A stretch of 64,000 nucleotides of DNA from an uncultured Gammaproteobacteria bacterium. Lineage in GTDB: Bacteria; Patescibacteriota; Patescibacteriia; Magasanikbacterales; GWA2-37-8. Position 1 is the stretch's first letter. The number at the start of each line of letters is the position of its first letter. Location of the stretch: positions 26,350-90,349 of the forward strand of contig CAYXJO010000002.1 of the NCBI GenBank assembly GCA_964465205.1, read 5' to 3'. Shown here piece after piece: positions 56,409-64,000 of this stretch. Position numbers and translations under genes: made by a program. The notes under the pieces were generated by a model. That model was not told where the DNA came from and made no database searches. It saw only the letters and a list, made by a program, of their open reading frames with translations.

Positions 56409-57239
56409 TTATGATTTGTGTTCTGCCTCATGAAATAGCACAACCATGGCGGTTACAAAAAGTGGTGCTACCAATATGCTAATTATGATTGCCGCTAGGC
56501 TCAAAATTACATCTAATATTCCACCTATTTTAGTGCCAAGTTGCATCAACATTCCGGTAGCTACGGCACTTACTACCCAGACCAAAAACATTGGCGCCAC
56601 AAAACGCCATAGAATTCCCCACCAACGTCCGGCTACCAAAAGTTGGCTTTCTTTTATGGATTTGACAACCGGCGCTCCATAAATCGCGGTTTCCATCCAA
56701 GCGAACAAAAGACGTACGTAGTATCGCACCAAATGGATAAGAGAATAAAACGTCAGTAAAATGAATAATATTTTGATAGCCGGGGTGAAGTTTTCAATGC
56801 CGTCATTGTGTAGCAAAAGACTGGCGATAATATACAGAGCGCTGGTAGTCAGTAGCGGCCACAAAGCGTAAAGATTGGTCATAATGATTGTGCCCAATCC
56901 ACGCAATAATACTTTGGACGATTTTTTTAGTGTATTAATTACTGTGTCCGGTTTATTATTGCCATAAACAGTGCTGATTGTTTTTACAAATGCGAATTTA
57001 AACCATAATCCGGCCACACTTATGAGAAAAGAGAATAACACAACAAGCGCCGCGATTGACGCCGCTACACCTTTGTCGACGTATAAAGCGGCGAAAATTA
57101 ATGGGATGCTAACCAGATACATGACCAGTGTAATTAATGCGGGGACAAAACTCAACAAAATATATTTGACGTATGTGCCAAAGTTTTTTTTGTACAAAAA
57201 ATAGCTTCGGCTGATAATTTCTCCGGCCCCAATAAGCAT
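56409..57239 (-). CDS. Hypothetical polytopic membrane protein (276 aa)
   Basis: ORF with 6-7 hydrophobic helices. No family recognised. Confidence 0.5.
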   Translation of the reverse strand: MLIGAGEIISRSYFLYKKNFGTYVKYILLSFVPALITLVMYLVSIPLIFAALYVDKGVAASIAALVVLFSFLISVAGLWFKFAFVKTISTVYGNNKPDTVINTLKKSSKVLLRGLGTIIMTNLYALWPLLTTSALYIIASLLLHNDGIENFTPAIKILFILLTFYSLIHLVRYYVRLLFAWMETAIYGAPVVKSIKESQLLVAGRWWGILWRFVAPMFLVWVVSAVATGMLMQLGTKIGGILDVILSLAAIIISILVAPLFVTAMVVLFHEAEHKS

Positions 57240-57243
57240 ATGA

Positions 57244-57948
57244 TTATATGGTTAAAATCGATTTTAGAAGCGTTACAGCCTCTGCTTTCATTATATCAAT
57301 TTTTTGGTCGGTGGACAAGGTGATAATTTTAGTGCCGACATCAGTAAATAACTTTTGGAATTCAGGCGAGGCGAATTGTTTGGCGAATTTAGTTTGAAAT
57401 GCCAATTTTTCAAAGATTACATTGTCTTGTTTCTCGGTACGTTTAGCCAGACGTTCCATTACTGCTTCCGGACTCACTTGGGTGAGTAACAAATAGTCGG
57501 GGCGATGCTTTAGGGCGAGTTGATTGCCCGGCAAACTAGTCACCTGCTCCAGATTAAGTCCGGTTTGTATGGTTTGGTAAGTGAGTGACGTAGAAACTCC
57601 GCGATCCTGGATAACGCATTTTTCCTGCGCCAAAAGCGGAATGATTAATTTGGTGTACAGCACTAGACGGTCGAGCGAGTAGGCTTCGGCGATAGCCAAA
57701 GATGGGTAGGAGGTGCCGTTGCGGATTAGTTCTTCTCTAATCACTTTGCCAATACCGGTATAGGTAGGTTCGCAAGAGAAAATAAATTCATAGGCGCGCA
57801 GTTCGGATATGTCTGGCAAGTGTCCGGTGTCCAACATGTATTTTTTTAAATCAAAAACTGCATTACCAGATTCGGTAAGATGTTGTTTCCAGACATCGAT
57901 TATAGTGCCCTTGCCCGATCCGTCGATGCCGTCGATCATTATGAACAT
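57244..57948 (-). CDS. tmk: Thymidylate kinase (dTMP kinase)
   Basis: P-loop FIMIDGIDGSGKGT and DRGVSTSLTYQ (DRY..S..AYQ-like) motif. Adjacent to thyX. Confidence 0.75.
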   Translation of the reverse strand: MFIMIDGIDGSGKGTIIDVWKQHLTESGNAVFDLKKYMLDTGHLPDISELRAYEFIFSCEPTYTGIGKVIREELIRNGTSYPSLAIAEAYSLDRLVLYTKLIIPLLAQEKCVIQDRGVSTSLTYQTIQTGLNLEQVTSLPGNQLALKHRPDYLLLTQVSPEAVMERLAKRTEKQDNVIFEKLAFQTKFAKQFASPEFQKLFTDVGTKIITLSTDQKIDIMKAEAVTLLKSILTI

Positions 57949-57953
57949 AGTTT

Positions 57954-59414
57954 TTAACTATTAGGTTTTTTTGGCATGAAGTTGAACGCCGGATTGAACA
58001 TAGTAGATGCCCAGGAAGCCGAGCCTTCTTCCATATTGACGCGAATGTATTTGGCCAACAATGGCTGCACTTCGTTGAGTTTGTGCCACATGGCTTGGGC
58101 GATACGGCGATAAGAAATATGACCCTTGAGACCAGAACGCAAAGAAATGAAGTGATGTAATTCGCGTAGATTAGCAGTAATTAGCGTACGTTTGCGAAAT
58201 CCCAGCGGCACTACATACTGTGCTTCTACAGGGAATCTTACGTATATTTTTTGGTATAAAGCCGCGGCTTTTTCCATGGTGGCGCGATATTTTTCTTCCA
58301 ATCCAGCTTCTATTATTTCAGTTGGGGTCTCGAAACCGTGTATGATTGTTACGGCTTGGTTGGTCTGGGTGCACATGCGGTGACGTTGAACATCGCGAAA
58401 AGCGCCGTAATCCATAAGTACATCAAATGTATAATATACATGTTCGAGTTCACGCAGTGGAGCGTCAAATGAGGCGCGACGCGCAAGTGATTTTTCGATT
58501 ATTTTTTCTTTTTGTGATTGCTCCATTTTTTTCACTGTTTCCAGAATTTGGTTGTATGGCAATTGTGAAAAACGATATAGCAAACTAGCCACCAATTTAT
58601 TTTCGGCATCGTGATCATAATCCACCAAAGTGACCGGGCTCACCGGAGTGGGGTCGGCTGTGAGTGTGGTGTTGGCAAGTGTTTGTAACTCTGGCAAGGT
58701 TTCTTTGGTGTATTGATTTTCGTCGGCAAATTTGATGAGAGTGGGGACTATCTTGAGCGCCTCCTCTTTCATCGTGCGCCCAATATCTTGCATTTCGTCC
58801 AATGGGTGTGACAAAAATTTCACAATCGCATGTTCAAGTACGCGCGCGTTGGCAGTCATGCCTAAATTAGTGAGAGTAGCAGTGGGCAAAAGATAACGGT
58901 TGTTGTCACAAACGCGCGCTTTGATAGTGGCGGCGTAGGCCTTTTCCATTTCGTCTTCTTTGCGCGGGTATTTTTTGGATATAAATGCATGCATCGGTTC
59001 GTACATGGCCGTATAGGTGTCGTAAATTTCGTTCATGGTATTTTCAAACTCGCCAGCCAAATCGGATTGCATAATTTTTTCCGGTTTGAAATAACGATCG
59101 CGATCGAACACTTGGTAGCGAGTTGATTTTTCGGTATAAGATGCCAAGCGATTATCCTCGATGACTTTGGTGGCCAGAATAGAGACATTTTCTAACGCTA
59201 AGTGCAAAGTAGCGTGTTCGGCGACGCTACTGTGGCCATAGCCAACTACCCATTTCTCGTGAAAATCAGCCGATTTTTCATCAGTAAGTTCGGATGCGAT
59301 GTCGGCAAAAGATTCGGGGGAGCGAGAACATTTCGCGAATGCTACCGCCACTACTTCCGGTTTGAGATGGTCGAGTGAGTAAACAGATAACTTATTTTTG
59401 CTAGAAGTGTTCAT
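57954..59414 (-). CDS. thyX: Flavin-dependent thymidylate synthase ThyX, tandem-duplicated (pseudo-dimeric) 486-aa form
   Basis: Half 1: HSSVAEHATLHL...DNRLASYTEKSTRY (S-x-RY kept, RHR degenerated to DNR). Half 2: ELEHVYYTFDV...RDVQRHRMCTQTNQA (RHR kept, S-x-RY lost). Also LITANLRELHHFISLRS. Confidence 0.8.
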   Translation of the reverse strand: MNTSSKNKLSVYSLDHLKPEVVAVAFAKCSRSPESFADIASELTDEKSADFHEKWVVGYGHSSVAEHATLHLALENVSILATKVIEDNRLASYTEKSTRYQVFDRDRYFKPEKIMQSDLAGEFENTMNEIYDTYTAMYEPMHAFISKKYPRKEDEMEKAYAATIKARVCDNNRYLLPTATLTNLGMTANARVLEHAIVKFLSHPLDEMQDIGRTMKEEALKIVPTLIKFADENQYTKETLPELQTLANTTLTADPTPVSPVTLVDYDHDAENKLVASLLYRFSQLPYNQILETVKKMEQSQKEKIIEKSLARRASFDAPLRELEHVYYTFDVLMDYGAFRDVQRHRMCTQTNQAVTIIHGFETPTEIIEAGLEEKYRATMEKAAALYQKIYVRFPVEAQYVVPLGFRKRTLITANLRELHHFISLRSGLKGHISYRRIAQAMWHKLNEVQPLLAKYIRVNMEEGSASWASTMFNPAFNFMPKKPNS

Positions 59415-59427
59415 ATTTTTTTAGATA

Positions 59428-60924
59428 TTAAGCGGCTTTACTACGATCCGTTTGTTCAGTGTTGGATTCGTTAGCGATTATTTGGCGTAGAGCTTCTCCG
59501 GTCTGTAATTTGTATTGTTCTGTGCCCAGATCGTAATCCATTCTTCCTTCTGATCGCGCCCATTGTCGGCGTAGATCGTCCACTTGTTGTTTTACAATAT
59601 CGTTGTTGCCGGGTAATTGTTCATATATAGCATGCCAGACATATTTATTCTGATTTTCTTCAGGAGTATTGTAGGGGTTACCCATCTCAGCTTTTTTCTG
59701 GTCAAATAATTTTTTCAAACCATTGGTGTCATAATCAGATTGGGTGTAGTCGGCTTGAGTTTCTCGGGTAGTGGTAGAATTTGGCCCATCGACTGTGGTG
59801 ATCATCGGTGGCACTACCTCTAATTTTGGTTTGGCACTATCTCGATTGTCAGCTATGTCGTTATGAGCCTCTTCTTCGGTCATAGGGTGGCCGATCATGT
59901 TGCCGCCATAATTTTCTACCCGTGGCATACCAGAAGTTGTTTCGTCTTCATCTTCATCTAGATTTACTGCGTCTTTTGTTGTCGGAATAACCTCCAGATC
60001 TGTCAGAAACTCTTTTGGTACAGAAAATTCTTCCCCTTTTGAATTGACGAGGTTTATTTCTCCATTATTGGACATGCCGTTGAATGTGAGTATTTCTCCG
60101 CTAACAACATCTTTCAACTTATCTCCAATTTTAAACGGCATTGAAGTTTCTTTTTGAGCAACCGTCGGTTCGGTGTTGGAAATGCTTGTTTGCGCGACTG
60201 CTTCTGGTGTTGTTTTATTTTTGGCCACTGGTATATCCATTTCATCAATTGTTATGCCATCGTCTTCTAATGATTTTCCAATTTGTCTAGCGGCTTCTAT
60301 CCGAGCCAATTCTTCCATATTACCAGATGCCAAAGCGGCATCAGCCGCCGCATCATACGTAGCTGTTTTTTGCGCTTGGGCGAGCGATTCGACCTCGGCT
60401 TGTTTTTTATTGGCTTCAACACTAGCCATTTCCGCTTTTTGTTCGGCAATTGCTTCTTGTGTCATTTTTTGCCATTCTATTTCTTCGTCAGCACCCTCGA
60501 GGGCGGCATCAATGGGGTCGATGTCATCTTGAGCGTGGGCAAATAGAGCTTGTTCTTCTGCTTCCAGCTTGTCTATTTCCTCCATATTGATTTCTCCTTC
60601 TTCTGGATGATTTTTACTAATGGTTTTAGCCAGATCTCTGATGCGCTGGAATAACCCGCGTGTTTCTTTGCTAGTAGACTGTATAGCGCCCTTTACTTCC
60701 TGTACTGTTTCTTGGGCTAATTGTTCTGATACTTTTTTAGCATCTTTTTCTTGATCAGCCAGATACCGCTCCTTTTTTTGTAAATATTGACTAAAAGCCT
60801 CGACATCGCCCAACATACCTTTGAGATAGTCTTTAATACCTGGCTTTTGTGGTCGGCGTGCGTCCACTGCCTGTCCGGCGCGCAGTTGTTCCTCTTTGGA
60901 CATTTGCTCTGGTTGATTGGCCAT
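59428..60924 (-). CDS. Hypothetical acidic, low-complexity (E/A/K/D-rich) protein, 498 aa
   Basis: ORF with no signal peptide and no recognised domain. Confidence 0.5.
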   Translation of the reverse strand: MANQPEQMSKEEQLRAGQAVDARRPQKPGIKDYLKGMLGDVEAFSQYLQKKERYLADQEKDAKKVSEQLAQETVQEVKGAIQSTSKETRGLFQRIRDLAKTISKNHPEEGEINMEEIDKLEAEEQALFAHAQDDIDPIDAALEGADEEIEWQKMTQEAIAEQKAEMASVEANKKQAEVESLAQAQKTATYDAAADAALASGNMEELARIEAARQIGKSLEDDGITIDEMDIPVAKNKTTPEAVAQTSISNTEPTVAQKETSMPFKIGDKLKDVVSGEILTFNGMSNNGEINLVNSKGEEFSVPKEFLTDLEVIPTTKDAVNLDEDEDETTSGMPRVENYGGNMIGHPMTEEEAHNDIADNRDSAKPKLEVVPPMITTVDGPNSTTTRETQADYTQSDYDTNGLKKLFDQKKAEMGNPYNTPEENQNKYVWHAIYEQLPGNNDIVKQQVDDLRRQWARSEGRMDYDLGTEQYKLQTGEALRQIIANESNTEQTDRSKAA

Positions 60925-60931
60925 ATATTTA

Positions 60932-61102
60932 ATAATTATAATTCATTAATTTTTTGACGTAGCATGTCTGCCTGCTTACCTTCGGCGTTTTTGATGGCGG
61001 CTTCCAGGGTTTTTTTTGCTTTAAGTCGCAGTGCTTCTTCTTTTTTTAAAAAGTCAGTCAGTATTTTGCCAGCGTTGAGCAACGCTTGTTTTGTTTTGAT
61101 GG
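60932..61102 (-). CDS. Possible small helical protein (~56 aa) between dut and the acidic-protein gene
   Basis: ORF below the track cutoff (MKDPIKTKQALLNAGKILTDFLKKEEALRLKAKKTLEAAIKNAEGKQADMLRQKINEL), tightly packed on the same strand. Confidence 0.25.
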
Positions 61103-61132
61103 GATCTTTCATAAAATATTTTTTAGATAAAA

Positions 61133-61564
61133 TTATTTGCCCGTACTACCGAACCCTCCGCGGTTAGAGCCAGAGATTTCGTCGACCTCTTCCCAATCAG
61201 CAATATCGACACGTATAAATAATCCTTGAGCAATACGTTCGCCGCGAGCCACTACTACTGGTTGGTCGGTAAAATTATAGACCATAATTTTTAGTTCATC
61301 TTCCGGTCCGCAGTAATCCTGATCGATTATCCCGACCGCGTTGGGCATTGTTAGGCCTTTTTTACGCGGAGTAGAGGAGCGAGCGATAATGGCAAGCATA
61401 TATCCGGGTGGAGTTTGTATTATCAGACCAGTGGGTATCAATGCTATTTCTTTTGGTTGGATAGTAGTATCGACGTTGGCCGCCAAGTCGAAACCAACCG
61501 AACCGCCGGTATGATATTGTGGTAGCGGTAATGTTTTGTCGATGCGTTTTATTTTAATTTTCAT
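61133..61564 (-). CDS. dut: dUTP diphosphatase
   Basis: Motifs AIIARSS and GIIDQDY, and C-terminal GGFGSTG. Start taken at MKIKIKRID (61564); the tracked ORF starts upstream at 61639. Confidence 0.85.
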   Translation of the reverse strand: MKIKIKRIDKTLPLPQYHTGGSVGFDLAANVDTTIQPKEIALIPTGLIIQTPPGYMLAIIARSSTPRKKGLTMPNAVGIIDQDYCGPEDELKIMVYNFTDQPVVVARGERIAQGLFIRVDIADWEEVDEISGSNRGGFGSTGK

Positions 61565-61964
61565 AATATTTTGGTATTTGGTAGAATCCTTTTTCCGGAA
61601 TGATGTGGCGCACGCCACCACGTGGATTCTGTACGTCACCGTTATAGCGTGGTATTAGGTGTAGATGAAAGTGGTGAATAGTACGCCCGGCCGCCTCACC
61701 CTCGTTTATTCCGATATTGTAGCCATCAGGGTGAAATTCAGCGTCGATTTTTTCTTTGGTCAGTTTGATTGTATTATGTAGCTCCAGAATCATTTTTTCA
61801 TCCAGATCAAAAAATGATTCAATATGTTTCTTCGGGCTAATCTCACAGTGTCCGGGCGAAACAGGGAAATCGTCGTAATGTACGATATAATAATCGGTTT
61901 CAAACATTATTTTATGTCCTTCTTTGTGCGACCAGTCGCAGAAAAAACAATGTTTGTCTGTCAT
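61554..61964 (-). CDS. HIT-family (histidine triad) hydrolase
   Basis: HIT motif HHFHLHLIPR. Size is 136 aa. Confidence 0.85.
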   Translation of the reverse strand: MTDKHCFFCDWSHKEGHKIMFETDYYIVHYDDFPVSPGHCEISPKKHIESFFDLDEKMILELHNTIKLTKEKIDAEFHPDGYNIGINEGEAAGRTIHHFHLHLIPRYNGDVQNPRGGVRHIIPEKGFYQIPKYYEN

Positions 61965-61967
61965 AGA

Positions 61968-62525
61968 TTAAGAATATTTTTCTACCAATTTATCGAGTTG
62001 TGCGTACAAATCATCCAGAGTGCCGTTGTTGTCGATTTGTTCAGTAGCTTGTTTGGCGATATCGGCGATTTGTAGTTCGGCTTCTTTTTGGTGATCAAGT
62101 TTGAACTGTTCAAAAGTTTTGGTGGTGTCATCGGCATTTTCGCCACGTTTGACGATGCGTTCATAGCGTTTTTCCATATCGGCAAAAATGTGCACCAACA
62201 CAAATCCGGGTACCTGTTTCAGAAATTCGACGTCGCCCGGTCGGCGTACGCCATCGATGCTTATGAGTACGGCACTGTCGCGTTTAGCATCCTCGGCCAT
62301 GGTTTTGGATAATGTTTCTTCGCCAAAGTGAGTACGAATGGCGGTGGACATAGTCTGGAGATTGTCGCGGGTAATATCCAAATATAGTCGACCACAAAGA
62401 TCGCGTAACATGGTGGAGAAGCGGTAAGTACTAGCGCCGTGGCGAGTTTTGAGATATTCATTGGCCGTGCCTTTGCCACTGGCAATTTGGCCGACGAAAC
62501 CAAATATGATTTTATTGGTTGGCAT
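61968..62525 (-). CDS. P-loop nucleoside/nucleotide kinase of unassigned specificity (CoaE / dNMP-kinase-like)
   Basis: Walker A IFGFVGQIASGKGT. Embedded in the nucleotide-metabolism cluster. Start taken at MPTNK (62525). Confidence 0.55.
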   Translation of the reverse strand: MPTNKIIFGFVGQIASGKGTANEYLKTRHGASTYRFSTMLRDLCGRLYLDITRDNLQTMSTAIRTHFGEETLSKTMAEDAKRDSAVLISIDGVRRPGDVEFLKQVPGFVLVHIFADMEKRYERIVKRGENADDTTKTFEQFKLDHQKEAELQIADIAKQATEQIDNNGTLDDLYAQLDKLVEKYS

Positions 62526-63003
62526 ATTGTTCGATACTGTCGTCGAAATAAACAAGTTCTATTCCAGCGTCATGAAATAATTTTTCTGTTTCCTCATAAA
62601 CATGATAGCGTTTGGCGAAAACAGCACGTTTTATTCCTACAGCTACTAATAACTTGGCGCAAGTAGGACAAGACGTATACTTTTCATAAATTGTAGCCCC
62701 GTCAAGTGCCACACCACGTTTAGCGGCTTGGCAAATAGCATTTTGCTCCATGTGAATAGTGCGCATGCAATGTTGTGATACTTTACCGTCTTCGTGGGTA
62801 ACGGTTTTTATTTGGTGGCCAACATCATCGCAATGTGGTTGTCCAGGAGGAGATCCAACATACCCAGTGACTAAAATTTGTTTATCTTTTACCACAACAC
62901 AACCGCCGCGACCACGGTCACAGGTAGATCGAGTAGCTACTGTTTTGGCTATTTCCATGAAATATTCATCCCAACTGGGACGTACGTACTTGGTTTCTGA
63001 CAT
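62512..63003 (-). CDS. dCMP deaminase (cytidine/deoxycytidylate deaminase family)
   Basis: Zinc motifs HAEQNAI and PCxxC (CPTCAKLL). Start taken at MSETKYVRPSWDEYFMEIA. Confidence 0.85.
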   Translation of the reverse strand: MSETKYVRPSWDEYFMEIAKTVATRSTCDRGRGGCVVVKDKQILVTGYVGSPPGQPHCDDVGHQIKTVTHEDGKVSQHCMRTIHMEQNAICQAAKRGVALDGATIYEKYTSCPTCAKLLVAVGIKRAVFAKRYHVYEETEKLFHDAGIELVYFDDSIEQYANQ

Positions 63004-63175
63004 ATTATTGATTGATAATGATAAATTTATAACAAGACGCAACCCTTGCAGTGGGTTTTTCTCTTTTCCAGTGTATCAAATCACCGATATTTTGCCAAGC
63101 TGTATTTTGCCACAGTTTTTCCCATTGTAAATTTATTTTTAAAAGGGTATAATATGGACATCTGACTATATTATT

Positions 63176-64000
63176 ATGTTGTATTTATCTCAAATTTTGA
63201 ATAATAGAGTAGAGGACAGTGCGGATCGTTATGTTGGCCGTCTCATGGATATTCTGGTGAAGTCAGAGCCAGGTACATATTCGCCGCTTATGTATTTGGT
63301 GGTGCGGCGCAAAAAAGAGGATTTTATTATTCCGTATAGTTTCGTAGAAAATTTGAGCAAAGCTGACGTTTCACTGAAAACTTTGTTTGAAAAGTTGGAA
63401 TATGCACAAATCGATCCCGAAGAATATACTTCGTTGAATCGCGATGTTATTGATCAGCAGATTGTGGACGTGGCAGGCGCGCGCGTGGTGCGTGTCAATG
63501 ACCTGTCTATTGGTATGCTAGAAAACAAGCATCATATTTTAGGTATTGATATTAGCGCCAAGGGCCTCCTACGGCGATTAGGCATAGCGCATTTTGATTT
63601 ATTTGGTTTGTTGAAGGTGAATTTATTGGATTGGCGTGTAGTACAACCAGTTAAAGGCGCTTTAAAGGTAGATCAGCTGTCCAAAGGGCTGCAGCGTTTG
63701 CATCCAGCTGATTTGGCTAATATTATCGAAGATTTGAGCATAAAACAAGGCGGTAAATTGGTAGATTCTTTAGACTCAAAAGAAGCGGCCAAAGTTATTG
63801 AAGAGCTTGATCCGCATTTGCAAAAAGTTTTGATCAAGCATCTTGGTCCGGAAAAGGCCTCAAAGATTATTGAAAAAATGTCGATTGATGAGATTGTGGA
63901 TTTAATGCAAATTTTACCTTATTATGAAGCAAAGGATTATTTGTCAAATTTGCAGCATGGTAAATTACGCACGATCGAGAATTTAATTGCTTATGAAGAA
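63176..64000 (+). CDS. mgtE: Magnesium transporter MgtE-like protein, N-terminal part (3' end outside window)
   Basis: ORF open to the window edge. PRC-barrel-like start followed by an MgtE_N-like helical region (LHPADLANIIEDL...KVIEELDPHLQKVLIKHL). Confidence 0.65.
   Translation, partial: MLYLSQILNNRVEDSADRYVGRLMDILVKSEPGTYSPLMYLVVRRKKEDFIIPYSFVENLSKADVSLKTLFEKLEYAQIDPEEYTSLNRDVIDQQIVDVAGARVVRVNDLSIGMLENKHHILGIDISAKGLLRRLGIAHFDLFGLLKVNLLDWRVVQPVKGALKVDQLSKGLQRLHPADLANIIEDLSIKQGGKLVDSLDSKEAAKVIEELDPHLQKVLIKHLGPEKASKIIEKMSIDEIVDLMQILPYYEAKDYLSNLQHGKLRTIENLIAYEE

Noticed and set aside
1-64000. CRISPR arrays, cas genes, rRNA operons, IS transposases and integrases
   Set aside because: No regularly spaced direct repeats were found. 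No Cas, transposase or integrase-like ORF was seen in any frame.

Overview
This 64-kb window reads like part of a small, gene-dense bacterial chromosome with ~45% GC, mostly housekeeping genes and short intergenic spacers. Several traits suggest a reduced-genome (Patescibacteria/CPR-like) organism, but that is inference only: a long type-2 ileS, few biosynthetic genes, a giant repeat-rich surface protein and weak Shine-Dalgarno usage.

Recognisable core genes:
- recA, ftsK and a RodZ-like HTH membrane protein
- rpoB (interrupted by an apparent frameshift) and rpoC
- yebC and ruvC, then ruvA further on
- a SpoU methyltransferase, a DJ-1/PfpI protein and a PfkB kinase
- trxB, rpe and rpiB
- ileS with a T-box-like leader
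- an ornithine-carbamoyltransferase-like gene followed by pyrI-pyrB with an attenuator and leader peptide
- gatB, then gatC-gatA
- a PAP2 phosphatase
- tRNA-Asn
- a dTTP-precursor cluster: tmk, a fused pseudo-dimeric thyX, dut, a HIT protein, a P-loop kinase and dCMP deaminase
- a 5'-partial mgtE

Accessory or unusual content:
- a 9.1-kb gene for a 3043-aa signal-peptide-bearing, G/T/S/N-rich, tail-fibre-like surface protein. It ends in a phage-tailspike-type intramolecular-chaperone (Peptidase S74-like) domain and is translationally coupled to an XRE regulator.
- the last beta-sandwich (H-type-lectin-like) domain of that protein appears split by a single in-frame TGA from a downstream Pro/Thr-rich ORF.
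- two copies of a ~100-nt structured repeat with a conserved core and compensatory, copy-specific stems.
- a 2.9-kb AT-rich islet (leuB-like plus fused leuD/leuC-like) bounded by a 27-nt direct repeat of the tRNA-Asn 3' end.
- a divergent cluster: a QueC-like PP-loop protein and a tandem ATP-grasp ligase, facing a FemAB/CelD-type GNAT, an HExxH protein and a Nif3-family protein.
- an ECF sigma operon with a Cys-cluster membrane protein and a small secreted Cys/Gly-rich peptide.
- two GC-rich single-gene membrane-protein islets.

No CRISPR array, rRNA gene or transposase was seen.
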